Below are positions 11,950 through 24,916 of a DNA stretch of 64,000 bases, in pieces. Position numbers and translations under genes: made by a program. Location: positions 28,148,001-28,212,000 of the forward strand of contig NC_135660.1 of the NCBI RefSeq assembly GCF_964188315.1, read 5' to 3'. Source of the stretch: Podarcis muralis. Its lineage: Eukaryota. The notes under the pieces were generated by a model. That model ran no database searches, was not told where the DNA came from, and saw only the letters and a list, made by a program, of their open reading frames with translations. Position 1 is the stretch's first letter, and the number at the start of each line of letters is the position of its first letter.

Positions 11950-12202
11950 CAGGGGTAGGCAACCTAAGGCTCATGGGCCAGATGCGGCCCAATTGCCTTC
12001 TCAGTCCGGCCCGCGGATGGTTTGGGAATCAGCGTGTTTTTATATGAGTAGAATGTGTGCTTTTATTTAAAATGCATCTCTGGGTTATTTGTGGGGCATA
12101 GGAATTCATCCTCCCCCCCCCCCCAAAAAAAATAGTCTGGCCCCCCACATGGTCTGAGAGATGGTAGACCGGCCCATGACTGGAAAAGATTGCTAACTCC
12201 TG
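11950..12202. mobile_element. hAT-type MITE
   Basis: TIR CAGGGGTAGGCAAC / GATTGCTAACTCCTG. Perfect 8-bp TSD AGTTAAAT (11942-11949, 12203-12210). Confidence 0.9.
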
Positions 12203-14689
12203 AGTTAAATGCTATACAAAATAAGAGTGGCCACCAGATAGAAGGCTGTGTTTGATGCCACTTTAGATTGATTGCTAGGAGTTACATCCTCTCTTCTGTA
12301 AGAGATATGAGATATGAAAGGCTGTGAAGGAAGCTGTAGAAGATCAAGGCCCTGGGGTTGTATTACAAGATAATACAAGAGAAAGATAATATGAAATAAG
12401 AAGTTAGGTAGATATGGGGTGGCTTGAAAAACATGGGAAGTGTACCAAAGTTATGTTGTTCATTTACAGTAAACAATTTTAATATTGTGGAATCTAATCA
12501 ATGGGGTCAATGTTATCTGCTATAGTTTTGCAGCTCTGATACTCCTGAGGGTCTTGTTACCTTGGTGTGTAAGTGATGCTGGCACCCAGGAACTAAACAA
12601 TAGTTCAAGTCAGAATGAATATTTATCTACCATATGCTTTGGACTGGTAGGGAGCTACATCTAACAAGAACCAGATTGTAACATGGAGCAAGGAGGAGGT
12701 TGTAAAAAGGCCCAAATGACTTGCATGCACCTGTAATTAATATAAAAAGACACCCTGAAATTGATAGCTTCCGATAAGGCTGTTAAATAAAAATACATTT
12801 TTAAAAAGACAATTTTCATAAATGATTTTCTTTCTTTAGCTTAGAAGAAGCTATTTTAAATCAGAATTAGCAAATTTCAAGATATCTGACCTTCAGGAAT
12901 CGTTGAATATATCTGGACAGCTGTGGTAGAGCAGGAACTCTGAAACTATTTAAAATGTTGTAGGGCAGGCAACAATTGAGTTATGAGAATAAAAGCATCT
13001 CTTTTCCACACACCTGAGCAAGTTTCATAACTTATTTCCTCTCCCTACAAAACCCTGGTAGAGTGATTCTGTTTGTGGGGGGATTGGGATATCACACAGA
13101 ATTCTTTATGCCCTTTCCATACTAAAGCATTCATTGGAGAAAGGCATGGCACTTAAAATTGCTATAAAAACCAATGTCTCCAGTGAACATAATTTGGACT
13201 TATTTTACATATTGGTCACTATTGAAATTTAAGTGAGTAGCTGAGTTGCCTGCAAGTGTTGTGGAGTTATTAATTCAATAGGTTCAGATAAGCCTGGATG
13301 CAAGGACCTCTAACTAAATGTGAATAAAGTGTAAACCTCAAATGCCACATTTCTAGAAGAAGTTAACCTGGCTTAGAATCTGGGCCTTCATTAATGCTCT
13401 GTGCGAAAGATAACAAGGTGGTGCCTGTGAGTTGGATCTGAATTCCAAAGCAGCGTTATCTAGTCCCTAGTTAGCCCTACCAGCTTCTAATCAAGGCTCA
13501 GTAACATTTTTTACTTAGCATTCCGCTTGAATGAGAATTACTTATGTATGTTAAGATTGCCTTTCCATAGTAGGCAAGAAATAGTGAAGAACTGCTGCTG
13601 GACAATTAGCTGCTATTTAATTCCTCAGTTGCTTAATCACTGACTTCCTGGCAATTGAGTATATGCTGCATACCTGTGAAGCCATTAATACAAAATGATG
13701 CCGATTAGGATTCAATATCTGTTCAATCAAAAACACTGTCAGTATTGTTGATCCTTTAATATTATAACAACAAAAAAAGATAATCAGCTTCAATAGAGTA
13801 ACAAGAAAGTTGTTTTGTGACCCTATGGCTAGCTTTCAAAAATTGCCATCATTTTTATTCCATGTTTATGCATCTCTTTCCCAAGGACCTCAGCGTGGTG
13901 TACAGTATCTCCTCCATTACCCTTGCCACAACCCTGGGAAGTAGGTTAGGCTGAGTAGGAGTGGTCTAATGTTGAAGTGATCATGAATGAATGGGAATTA
14001 GAACCAGAGTCTTCCTTATCTAGTGCAGCACTCTACATAACAAGGCAAAGACCTTTGCCACTTCCTACTTGTTTTCGGAGATGACTGCAGCTATAAATGG
14101 GTAACTAGTACTAGATTTAGCCCCTTGGCTACTGCAGAGGAAGGGACAACCTGTTTTTCCTCTTGCTGATAAATGTTTCTGTAATTAAATAAAAATGGTA
14201 GGCTGGCATCTACCCAGTGGCATGCTTGGAATATATGACAATGAGTAAATAGGCAGTCAGTTAACCTGTTTCAGAACTTGCATGCCTGTCTTAATGCCAC
14301 TTATTCTGATCATCTGTAAGTGGTTGGATTGTTTGAGCCCCTGAGCAAGGACCTGGAGAACAGAATAGCTCTTGAAAATAAATCATCTGGCATATATTTT
14401 AATTGGTGCTCAGTGAGTTCTTCACTTGCAGAATTTCTGTTGCTGGAAATTCTACTGAAATCACTTCTTACCAAGTCGACTCCAGTAATTAAGGTTTAAT
14501 AATTTTTGTTCTTGTTTTAAGGTGCCATAGACTTTTGTTTTTGCTGCAAAAGGCAAACTGCTTGGCAGAGGTATTTGGAGCTAGTCTTCGGTTTGGCTGA
14601 AAGTGAGTTTCCCTGAGCTTCCTTAAATCCCCTAGTTGGCCTTTTCTACTCCAACAGTACTGTTAGGTCAGCCTAGGAATGTTACTTTA

Positions 14690-15250
14690 GTAATAATAAT
14701 AATAATTTATTCAGCTTACATACTGCCCTTTATCAAAAGATCAAAGGTTGATGGACAACATTAAAAACATATTTTGCGGAGCATAATAATAAAAACATAA
14801 AACAAAGTATAATCGTAGACAGCACAGTAATAAAAATAATCATCATTACATTCCCCCCACCTTGAACAAGCCATAGATTATTTAATGGCTGAAGGCCTGG
14901 GTAAAGAGGAATGTTTTTGCCTGGTGCCTAAAGATATGTAATGACAGTGCCAGGTGAGCCTCTCTGGGGAGAGAATCCACAGATGGGGAGCCACCACAGA
15001 AAAGGCCTGTCCTCTTGTTGTCACCCTCTGAACTTCTCAGAGAGGGGGAACATAGGGAAGAGTCTCGGATGACAAGGACAGTGTCCAGGTCAGTTCATAT
15101 AGGGAGAGGTGGTTCTTAAGGTATTGAGGTCCTGAGCCATGTTGGGCATTTTGAATTGGACCCGGAAAGTAATCGGTAGCCAGTGCAGTCTGGCCTGAAT
15201 TGGCATTATATTCTCAAATTGGTGAGCAATTTGGCCACTGAATTTTGCAC
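14690..15250 (-). mobile_element. L2-type LINE 3' fragment
   Basis: (AAT)n tail at the left end. ORF 15090-15272 gives LHWLPITFRVQFK, an L2 ORF2 C-terminal motif. Confidence 0.75.
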
Positions 15251-15449
15251 CTGCTGAAGTTTTAGAACCCATTTAGGCTTGATAAATACCAATACACCAA
15301 GGCCCTAGGTTGTTTACTGGAGCTGTTGTGTATATAGTTTGGAAAAAAAGAAAGTGTGCATTTCCAATCAATATTATTTCTTCATCTGCTGGGCTCATAG
15401 CTAGTTTTCAGTTAACCTAGCATACTGTCTTGGTGAATAAAACAAAGTA

Positions 15450-15675
15450 CAGTGGTACCTCAGGTTACATACGCTTCAGGTTACAGATTCCGCTAACCCA
15501 GAAATAGTGCTTCAGGTTAAGAACTTTGCTTCAGGATGAGAACAGAAATCGTGCTCCAGCGGCGCAGCGGCAACAGTAGGTCCCATTAGCTAAAGTGGTG
15601 CTTCAGGTTAAGAACAGTTTCAGGTTAAGAATGGACCTCCGGAATGATTTAAGTACTTAACCCGAGGTACCACTG
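15450..15675. mobile_element. Tc1/mariner (Tigger/pogo-like) MITE
   Basis: TIR CAGTGGTACCTC / GAGGTACCACTG, TA on both sides, internal repeats of cttcaggtta. Confidence 0.9.
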
Positions 15676-15924
15676 TATAAATTAACTAATATTTGGTCTT
15701 CAGCTTTTCTGGTGTGTGTAGTTGCTTGAACTCCAAGCACCTCCAGCTACAAAGTAGCAAATATCCTGGGATAAGAAGTGGCGCTCCAACATTAAACACA
15801 GGGGTGTATCTAGCATAAGAAGTTTGTTGTTAAGTTTATGCCCTAATGGCTGTAGATTTTGTCCATCTGTTTGGCTGCTCAGTCACCTGGCAGTTAGTTA
15901 TTGGTTCAAAGGGATGTGCTTGAG

Positions 15925-16158
15925 CATGGGTAGTCAACCTTTTTATACCTACTGCCCATTAGTGAGCTGGTCTTTGACCGCAATAAATTATCTATCTACC
16001 GCCCACTAGTGCATCTTTCTTGATGGTATAATTTCCTTACCACCCACCAGTGATCGATGGAAGGAGGATTCAGCTTGTGCCGTAGAACCCCCCTACCGCC
16101 CACCTAGAATCCTGAGACCCCCACTAGTGGGCGGTAGGGACCAGGTTGACAACCCCTG
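15925..16158 (-). mobile_element. hAT-type MITE family B, copy with an internal insertion
   Basis: Reverse complement of 19742-19927 with ~47 extra nt. Ends GGTTGACAACCCCTG. Confidence 0.8.
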
Positions 16159-16839
16159 TGTTAGGGACTAGAGTGGGCGTAGAAGCTGGGTAAGGGGCGG
16201 TGGGAAGTTTGCAGTTGTGATGGTCAGGAGAAAATGTAGTGGAAAAGCAAATACAGCTATGGACACAAACCAAGGTATCTGGGCCTCTGAACCCAAGCAA
16301 CCTGAAATAGGATACAACAATTAGTGGTAATACAACTTTAATTATATATAATTCTGGATGCGATATGAGGAGTACAACTGTATATGTACCTTTTAACTCG
16401 GATAGAATCAGCTGAGCTGTTGATAGGATTTCAGTAAATGACTAGGAGACTGGTGGTGATGTACAGATATCTTGGTTCTTGAAAGATGTAGCTTGCTTAA
16501 CTTGTCTCATGTCTTAGACCAAGACCAGAGATCAGCTAAAGCCTCTAAAAGTGCACTGCCCACCCAACTGCTGGCTTTCTATGATACTATTTTTGGACAT
16601 TATGTTGAGATGACCCAGGTTTATTCTTGGCTATTTCTATCAGGACAGCAAGTCTAGCTACTTGGGGCTGGTGTGAATCCTTGGCCCTCCATTGCATTTA
16701 CTTTTGTATTAAATAATATTGAACCTTTCACATGTGGTTCAGTCTGGGAGCTGGGGAAATAGCATGTTCTGAACATGGTTGCTGTCCTTTAGCTTGGGAA
16801 TGTTCATGGATCCAATGCTATCACTGGAGGTTCAGGTAG

Positions 16840-17165
16840 CTTCAGTGGCTAGCAGTGTCTTTTTCTAGCTCTGGCTGGTTCACTAGCTGTGGCCCCTTTT
16901 GGGCAGGGATGACTTGGCCACGGTTTCCATGCTGTGGTAACATCCAGATCGAACTATTGCCATGTGCTCTTCATGAGATTGCCCTTGAAGACTATTTGGA
17001 AATTTAAACGGCAACAAATGTGCAGCTCAACAGCTGCGCTGGTTGCCAGTTTGTTTCTGGGTCCCATTCAAAGTGCTTATGCTAGTGTTTTTAGCCCTAA
17101 ATGACTTTGGCTTCAAATATTTGAAATGCTATATATGGTGTGGCTACCATATACTCTCTAACATT
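16840..17165 (+). mobile_element. L2-type LINE fragment (degenerate)
   Basis: Shares motifs ccatgctgtggtaacatccaga..actattgc, gcccttgaagact and ttcaaagtgct with the other L2 3' regions. Confidence 0.55.
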
Positions 17166-17492
17166 GGTGTCAGATGAAGTTTGGTGCTCTAACTGTGCTT
17201 ACAAAGTCCAAGGTTTCTCTCCTTTTCCCCATCCAATCTTCAGACATGGTGTATCTGCCAATCATACATCTTGTCACTGCTGAATCTAGATTAAGCAGCT
17301 TTGCTGAGGAGAAGGGGACTTGATTGGAAGGAAGTAAATTTAGTACATACGTGAGGTAAATACTGGAATAGGTCAGCTTGTTCAACTTTAGCATATTTGC
17401 TTCAGTATGTGCAAAGTAGAACTGTGGCACAATGCCCTCTGAGAGCTGCAGATGTTAAGTATTAAGAAGTTGGGAAATACAGTAAAGTAGAG

Positions 17493-17924
17493 CAGTGATT
17501 CCCAAACTTTTTTCTTATGGCCACTTGAAAATTGCTCAGGGTGTTAGTGGACCACCTAATTATTTTTCTGTCCATTGTAAAAGTTGTAATGCACTGCGCT
17601 GTATGATTTTTAATTGTATTTTTGTGGTTCTTTCCCCCCTCTTTGATTGTATTTTATTACATTCCAGTTTGAATTCTAATACAATCAAGAACAATAAGCC
17701 ACAATTAAAATCAATTTGAATATTTAATTTGTACACACCACAGCCCCTTCATGGATCACTGCCTTGCTGTGGCGAAGGGGCTTGAATAACTCAGAGAAGC
17801 TATGAACTATGCCGAGCAGGGCACCCAAGATGGACAGGTCATAGTGGAGAGTTTTGACCACAGACCACCTTCATGAAACATGTGTACAACTAGTGGTCCA
17901 GGGACCACAGTTTGGGAACCCTTG
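17493..17924. mobile_element. hAT-type non-autonomous element with a nested BovB-like piece
   Basis: TIR CAGTGATTCCCAAAC / GTTTGGGAACCCTTG. TSD AAGTAGAG/AGGTAGAG (7/8). Confidence 0.7.
17744..17856 (+). mobile_element. BovB/RTE 5'-region-like fragment
   Basis: gcagggcacccaagatggacaggtcatagtggagagttttgac resembles the recalled BovB 5' region. Flanked by ACCACAG repeats. Confidence 0.55.
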
Positions 17925-18379
17925 AGGTAGAGAAATAAATGTGTGTTTCGGTCTAGGAATATAGGACTGAAAACACTGACTGTGTATTTGAACAAAACTT
18001 GGATTACAGCTTGTGGGTTGTCAGGGGTGAGACATATGTTGACTTTGGGTGACTTGGCTCCCAGTGGGTACAGTAGGACTAGAGGAGGAACAATATACTG
18101 GTAATCTCCTCTCTGGGAGCCTGCACACCAGTGTGGACTGCCCAAAGTATATCTTAGCGTTATGTGCAAACCAAGTCATGCTGAAGGAATTTCTCTTAAG
18201 GTATTTGCTAACAAGATTATTTTAGTTAGAGAGATGTGCTGCTTATCCATTAAACATGTGAGATTTGTTACCTATTATTATTTTTTAATTTATGAATCAC
18301 CTCTTACATATGTGTTAGGGTGATTCAGAAATATCATAAACACAGCTGAAATAGTTTTTAAAACAGTACAGAAATAACT

Positions 18380-19396
18380 GAAGAGAGATGATCATTGTGT
18401 ACTGTTTTTAAACCTAAGGCAGATAACTTTTCATCCAGTTGGAAAAGCCTGTCAAAACAAGAAGGTATTCAGTTGATTCTGGAAAGTACTGATAGTGGGT
18501 GTCTGTCGTATCCTGACAGGAATGCTGTACCACAGAACAGGGGCAGCCACCCTGAAAGCCCTGCTCTGGCCACTATGAAGTGGTCTTCTGATATATTTGG
18601 GACTTGGATGAGAAACAGTCCTACAGAATGTAGTGTAACCTACTGGGTACATAAAAGTCAGTCTTCTCAAGTAACCTGGTCCTGAACTTTATGTGACCTT
18701 ATATGTTAGTGCCAAAACATGGAATTTGGACCACTAGCAGATTGACAGCCTGTAAAAACAAATAATCTCCCAAGCATGATGCTGGTGGTTGTTTGCCGTC
18801 ACAAGAATCCGAGTCACCATGTTCTGCAACTAGCAGCAGCTTTCTGGACCAACCTCAAGGGTAGCCCTCATATAGAGCATGTTACAATAATCCAGCCTTG
18901 AGGTTACTAGGGCTCACAGTATCCCAATCCAGCAATGGCCATAATAGTCTTACCTGCTGAAACTGATAAAAGGCAGTCCTAGACACTGAGGACACTTGCA
19001 CCTCCTCCAGGGAGTATTCATCCCCATCCAGATGGGCAACATATTGACTTCCCAGATCTGGGAACCACTCACCAATGGAGCCTCCATCTTGCCAGGATTG
19101 AGACTCAGTTTATTAGGTTTCATCCAAGCTAACACTGCATACAGACACCTGTCCAGGGCCTTCTTAACCATTCCAGATTCATTTGCTACAGAGACATAGA
19201 GATGTATGTATTGTTGACATCTTGCCCCATTTTTCCTAATTATGGCAACCAAAAGCTTAGCATAGATATTAAATAGCAGTAGAGATTGCATGGTGCTCTG
19301 TGCCACCCCAGAGTTTAAGAGCCAAGAAACAATCATCCAGTTCAAGATGGTTTGAGCATATAATGCCAATCTTGATCTGACTGCATGGACTGCCAT
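18380..19396 (-). mobile_element. L2-type LINE (RT C-terminus to 3' end), degenerate
   Basis: ORFs 18452-18670 (RAFRVAAPVLWYSIP...FQNQLNTFLF) and 18950-19396 (WMKPNKLSLNPGKME) match L2 ORF2 motifs. Confidence 0.75.
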
Positions 19397-19725
19397 TTAG
19401 TTTCTGGGCCCAATTTAAAGTGCTGGTTTTGACCTATAAAGCCTTAAATGGCTCAGGACTGTAGTAACTCAAGGACTGTCTCCTGCATGAACCGCCCCAG
19501 ACCCTGTGATCATAATCTTAGGCCCTTCTCCGTGTGCTGCCTCAGTGAGAGGTCTGGAGAGCAGAAACATGAGAACAGGCCTTTCTGCTGTGGCTTCCCA
19601 CTTGTGGAATGCTCTCCCCAGGGAGTGTCTACTGGTGCCTTCATTACATATCTTTAAGCATCAGGCAAAAACATTCCTCCTCTTCCAGGCCTTTAATTAG
19701 CCAATCTATGGCCTTTTAAACTTTT
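19397..19725 (+). mobile_element. L2-type LINE 3' fragment, opposite orientation to its left neighbour
   Basis: ORF 19506-19700 (SAVASHLWNALPRE...IFKHQAKTFLL) is an L2 C-terminal motif. Confidence 0.75.
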
Positions 19726-19741
19726 CAGTAATAATCTAGAT

Positions 19742-19927
19742 CAGGAGTTGTCAACCTGGTCCCTACCGCCCACCAGTGGGCATTTCAGGATTCTAGGTGG
19801 GCGGTAGGGGGTTCTACAGTACAAGCTGAATCCTCCTTCCATCGAGCACTAGTGGGCGGTAAGAAAATTTTACCACCAAGAAAGATGCATTAGTGGGCAG
19901 TAGGTATAAAAAGGTTGACTACCCCTG
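19742..19927 (+). mobile_element. hAT-type MITE family B
   Basis: TIR CAGGAGTTGTCAAC / GTTGACTACCCCTG. TSD ATCTAGAT/ATCTAGAA, the typical NTCTAGAN target. Confidence 0.88.
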
Positions 19928-19948
19928 ATCTAGAACCATCCCTTAAGG

Positions 19949-20071
19949 CAGTGTTTCTCAGACTTGCACCCCAGCTGTTGTCCCATCATCCCTGACCACT
20001 GGTCCTGCTAGTTAGGGATGATGGGAGTCGAAGTCGAACAGCAGCTGGAGACCCAAGTTTGAGAAACATTG
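19949..20071. mobile_element. Palindromic hAT-type MITE with family A core but different TIR
   Basis: TIR CAGTGTTTCTC / GAGAAACATTG. TSD CCTTAAGG/CTTTAAGG. Core catcatccctgaccactggtcctg...agggatgatggg. Confidence 0.85.
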
Positions 20072-22326
20072 CTTTAAGGTTAAACCATAATCATTGCAGG
20101 ATAGGTTCCCCATCTCATAGACTGTCTGAGGATACCATGGTCAATTGTATCAAATAAGAGACTGAGCAAGGGTTTACTCCCCTCCCTCTAAAGGCTGATC
20201 CAGTCCTGAGCCCAGATCATAACCCAGATAATTTGCTTCCTACAATAATGTCTAAAATTGCGCTCAGTACCTTACCCTTAGGTCAGGGGTCCCTTTCCCT
20301 TTCCCTTAAAGTGGGTATTTTCAACTGTTAAATGCCATCAGGTCCAAGGTGAGGTTTAAGAGTGGCCACACAGCTGCCTCCTTCAAGGTGCCAGGCACAC
20401 CCCTCTCATACAAAGGCACATTCACCACACCCTGAACCCACCCAGGCTTTAATTAGCCATGACGGACAAGGGTTGTGAGGGGGAAATAGTTGAATGCCTG
20501 TTCACAAACATGTTGCTAGCATCATCAGGCTGCAAAAACTGAAGGTTCTTCTAATGGTGAATGGTCCTGGAATCTCAATTACATAGTTAAAAACAAATGC
20601 AATGCTATGACATGTATCCTTAAAGTCATGTTGACTTTAGGAATATTATCAATTGTTGAACCTTACTGCTTTATGAAGGTAGCAAAAGCTGATGTTTGAT
20701 CACATATGCCCAACCTTGGCCTAAAGTGTGTGTGTGTAGATAGATATTACTCTTTGAGGCTGGTTACCAAGACAAGTTTTTGTGATTTCAATCTTCTTAG
20801 AATATTGGCAGCTCAACCTTGGCGTATATATGTAGAAGAGCAAACATACCCAACTTAGCTTCATCGTCTCACTTTGACGGCTTTCATGAGCAGAAGGTCA
20901 ATATTAGCATGGAATCCTTTAGGAATTGGATCTTTGTGAATTCCTGTGCAAAGTGACCTGAATCATTCAGACTATTGTCTGCATCAGAACTGAGCAATCC
21001 GCCACTTCCCCCCTTCTCCAAGTATTGTGGTGCAATATCTTTAAAGGGCAGAGCTATATGGACAATGCACAGACTTGGTGCTTTCACTTTCTTAGTATAA
21101 AGTCTTAATGGTGCACACATGTTCATTCTACCAATGCAGTGACCAACCTAATATAAAATCCTAACCAGCTAGGCCTGTGTCATTATGAAAAGTGCAGGTG
21201 CATCCTACTTGCAATTGAGTTCTTGTGAACAGAGATAACAGTTGGATAAGTTGAGACTGTGTGATATAATGGAGGGCAGCTGTTTTCTTAAGAGAGTTAT
21301 GGTGTAGAGGTAGCAAGTGCTTATATTAGTTTGGCACTGTGTGTCTAACAGCAGGATAGGCCCGCATTCCTGCTATTGAAACTGGAAGATAATATATAAT
21401 AAAATAGACTACCACTTAGAAAAGGATTTTATTTTTCAAAACCATCAATTTAATATTTGACCAATAAATTGAGTGGTGTCACAGTCTACATTTTAATAAT
21501 GACATAACAGCAGGTTAGAGAAAGAAACAGGTGGTGTGCCATCCAGACTTCCCGTTGAAAATGGTCAAGTATGCATGTAAAATGTAAACCATAAATGTCA
21601 GTTTAACATTAACATGTAGGAGTGTAGTGCTGCCTGCTGCTGAAAAGTTTATGCTGCACTCATTTCCTGCTCTTGCTGCTGCTGCACTGCAGACAAATCA
21701 AACTATAGCAGGACTTGTCAGATCCCTCCAAACCCAGGTTCATGGTTTGTTTCCCCCAAGAGCAAGCCTTGGTTACCCATGGCTTGTTTGGAGACAAACA
21801 AACCATGAGCTTTGGTTCAAGCATCCTCACAAGTCAGACTCTGATTTGTTCCCCGGCAGTATGGTAGCAGTAGGAACAGGGCAGGCTTATAAACTAATAA
21901 GACAAATAATAAAATAAGATTTAACTTTTCACGGCATCAGCTTCTCTCCAAGCAGTGGAGCCCATGAAGGGTAATCCAGATAGGGTGCCATGGTTCTTAG
22001 TATCTGCTTCAGAATTCTGTAGGACAAATGGATGTGTTCAAATGGGTTAAGTGGCCTGCCCACATACCTGTCAATGGGGTTGGCTGCCATCCATGGAAGG
22101 TAGGAAGGCACTGTTGGGAACAGAAGCTTTGCAACTTCCCTTCCTATGACGATTCTGCAATATACAGGCTGTCCTTCAACACATCCTTCCTGTTATAATG
22201 GCAGGCAGTTTGTTAGTCATGTGTTTAAGAAAATTAATTAGCAACACTCTTCTTAAAAAACAGTACTTACAGAGACTATGGAGACAGCAGTGGCTGCTGT
22301 TGTCAGTAAGTTTAATGTGGCAAAGT

Positions 22327-22474
22327 CAGTGTTTTTTTCTGGGGGAATGCGGGGGTACGCATACCCCAAAATGTTTTGTGAATCTAAGTTTGGCCTCATT
22401 GAGGGGCAGTATTTCAATATGAGTAGGAATATGAGAGTAACCCTAAACCTTTTTTCTAGAAAAAAAGAGCACTG
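22327..22474. mobile_element. hAT-type MITE
   Basis: TIR CAGTGTTTTTTTCT / AGAAAAAAAGAGCACTG. Only a partial TSD (aaagt). Confidence 0.65.
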
Positions 22475-23935
22475 AATAAAGTAAACGGGTTGTGATCTCA
22501 AATACAGTTGATAAGGGGCAAAAGAAGCTTCTTACTCCAGCTCGAGAGGTCAGAAGGGGCAGGTTGCTGCTTTAGTCACTTGACCATGTTTCTTCCCTCT
22601 AGGGCTGTGGCAGACTAAACATCTTCCCATTGTGTCTCTTCTCATAACCCAACTCAGCCAGGAGCAGTGATTGGGAAGTGAAGGGCAGTTCGCTACGTAA
22701 CAAGTGGAAAAATTACCACTGTTGGTTCATTCTTTTGAAACTCCTTTTTCTGAGCATTTTTGTTTCATAAAACATCAGTTTTATAAACGAAAAATTTCCT
22801 TTGGATTACAGTATGTCTTTTCCGCAGGGCCTGTAAGACAAGAGTTGTTCCGCCTGTATATGAACACATGTATGGACACGACATGTACTAGATGATCATG
22901 AACTGTTCAGTCTCTCTCTATTGAAGCAGCTATTGATTAATGTCTGATGTTTCCATTTAATAAGGGAAAGTTTAACCAAATGTAGTTATGGACTGGGGTT
23001 TAAATAATGAGATAGGTATGTTGTGCACATGTTAGTCTCTCTAAGTAGTGAGAGATTTCAAGAGTGCCAGCATACAACTCAGGCTTAGATGAAGGACATT
23101 CTGTGTGGTTTTTGTGTGATAGATGTTTTTATTTACACACAAATAATATTGCTACCCTATTGGATCTCTCATTGTCCCCCTGCCCTGCAAGCCGGAACTT
23201 TGGATTCAGCACACAGAGCAAGTCAAGCCTGAGTCTCTTTCCAGCCCAGTTTTCTTCTTACACTTGCCCCATTGCATTCCCTCCAGACAGACAGGAGAGG
23301 AAACCCCCCTTTATTCTGCTTCTGAAAGCATCAGTTAGTAGTTTCTGTGGCAACCAGTCAGCTGAATTCTTAAGTCATGCAGAGAAATACTTAACACATA
23401 GCTAGAACTATTAACTTAACAAAGAAGCTTGTTTGATCACTTTAGCAGTTTGTCTTTCTATCCCAACCTTGGGCTTTGAGGAGACCAGAAGATGCCAACT
23501 AGGCCAACCGCCCCAAAAAACCCCACAACCCTCTAAAACAGGAAAAGAAAACTCAGAAGCAGATAAATGCTGGTCACAAAAAAATCCTATATATATACTA
23601 CCATGAACATCCTAATTCCAAAAAAAATAAAAATAAATAAAAATGAGAGTAAATATTGTACAATAAAAATGTTAATGTGAATTATCAGTTGATTATATAT
23701 TGAAGCCACAATTGATGGTGTGTCCAGACTGAATTGAGATGTAGAAGCAAGTATTTATATATATTTGAATATTGCTTTCAGTGAGCATGACCATGCTTTA
23801 TCTCCAAATCCTGAATAATCTCGTGTATGTGATCTGTAGTGAACAAAGGCAGCCCTTTTTCTTATCCTTCAGTGGTGAGCTGAGTGGTGGCTTATGTAAT
23901 AGGGAGAAAGGGTTAGCCCTGGTATAAAGTGCACA

Positions 23936-24087
23936 TAGATTGAATCATAGAACTGTAGAGTTGGAAAGGGACCACAGAGATTATCTGGTCCAACCCCCTG
24001 CAATGCAGGAATCTTTTGCCCAACATGCGGCTTGAACCCACACCCCTGAGATAAAGTGTCTCATGCCTTACCGACTGAGCTATTGGC
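23936..24087 (-). mobile_element. tRNA(Lys)-head SINE with CR1-type 3' tail
   Basis: Minus strand: gccaatagctcagtcggtaaggcatgagac (A box), ggttcaagcc (B box), then ggttggaccagataatctctgtggtccctttccaactctacagttctatgattc (CR1 tail). Confidence 0.8.
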
Positions 24088-24916
24088 GTCTGAATAGAAT
24101 CCATGACAATCCCCAGCACTGGCATGATGTCATGAACGCTGCTGTCGGCAGTTAAGGGCAAAAGTTTGATCTGACTCATTAACTGGGGCATTTTTTGGTT
24201 TGTTTGCCATTTAAAAACAACTGGCCAGCTGATTAAATCTTGGCTGCCTCAGAAATGTATAAATGTTAACATTTTGCATAGTGTAATATATGTAGTCAAA
24301 AATAAAAAAGTGGGGTAGTTACATATGTCTCAGAAGAAGTGACATATTGGATATAGTAACAGAATAACACAATTTGTTGTTTTGAGCACATACGTTATTT
24401 TACTAATAGAAGAAGCATTTTCTTCCTTAATTTTCTAGAGATTAAATCCCTAGAGATTCTACTCTGTTCAATTAACTGAAAGAAAGCTGCAGTAATTTTC
24501 ATCTAACTAAAACACAGAACCGAACTGTTTTGGTGGGAGGAGGTGCAGAGGAGATTGGTGGAAAGCCCCATTGTGTTAGCGGGACTTGTTGAGCTGGCCC
24601 TGCCAGAGCAACTGTTCAGTTGAATCTGGCCCAAAATCTTTGTTCCTCTGGAGCTACCTGATGTGAAAATGAAACTATAAGATAAAAATGGATTTTAGCA
24701 ATTTTTTCTTTTTTCTTTCCCCCCAACTCTTTGTACAATCTTCCCTTGATTCATATTTCTTAACTGAAATAATAATTTGGGTCCTGGTTCTGTCTTGTGC
24801 TTTCATGCACAATTGACTCAGAAGGGAGTCAAACTGAGCTCAATGGAACTGACACCTAAAGTATGTAATTGAATTGCTGTTTTAATATGGGTAGCTGATT
24901 TACCTTCAGCATGGTA

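Noticed and set aside
24015-24087. Possible tRNA-Lys gene
   Set aside because: Arms are degenerate and it is fused to a CR1-type tail, so it is a SINE head.
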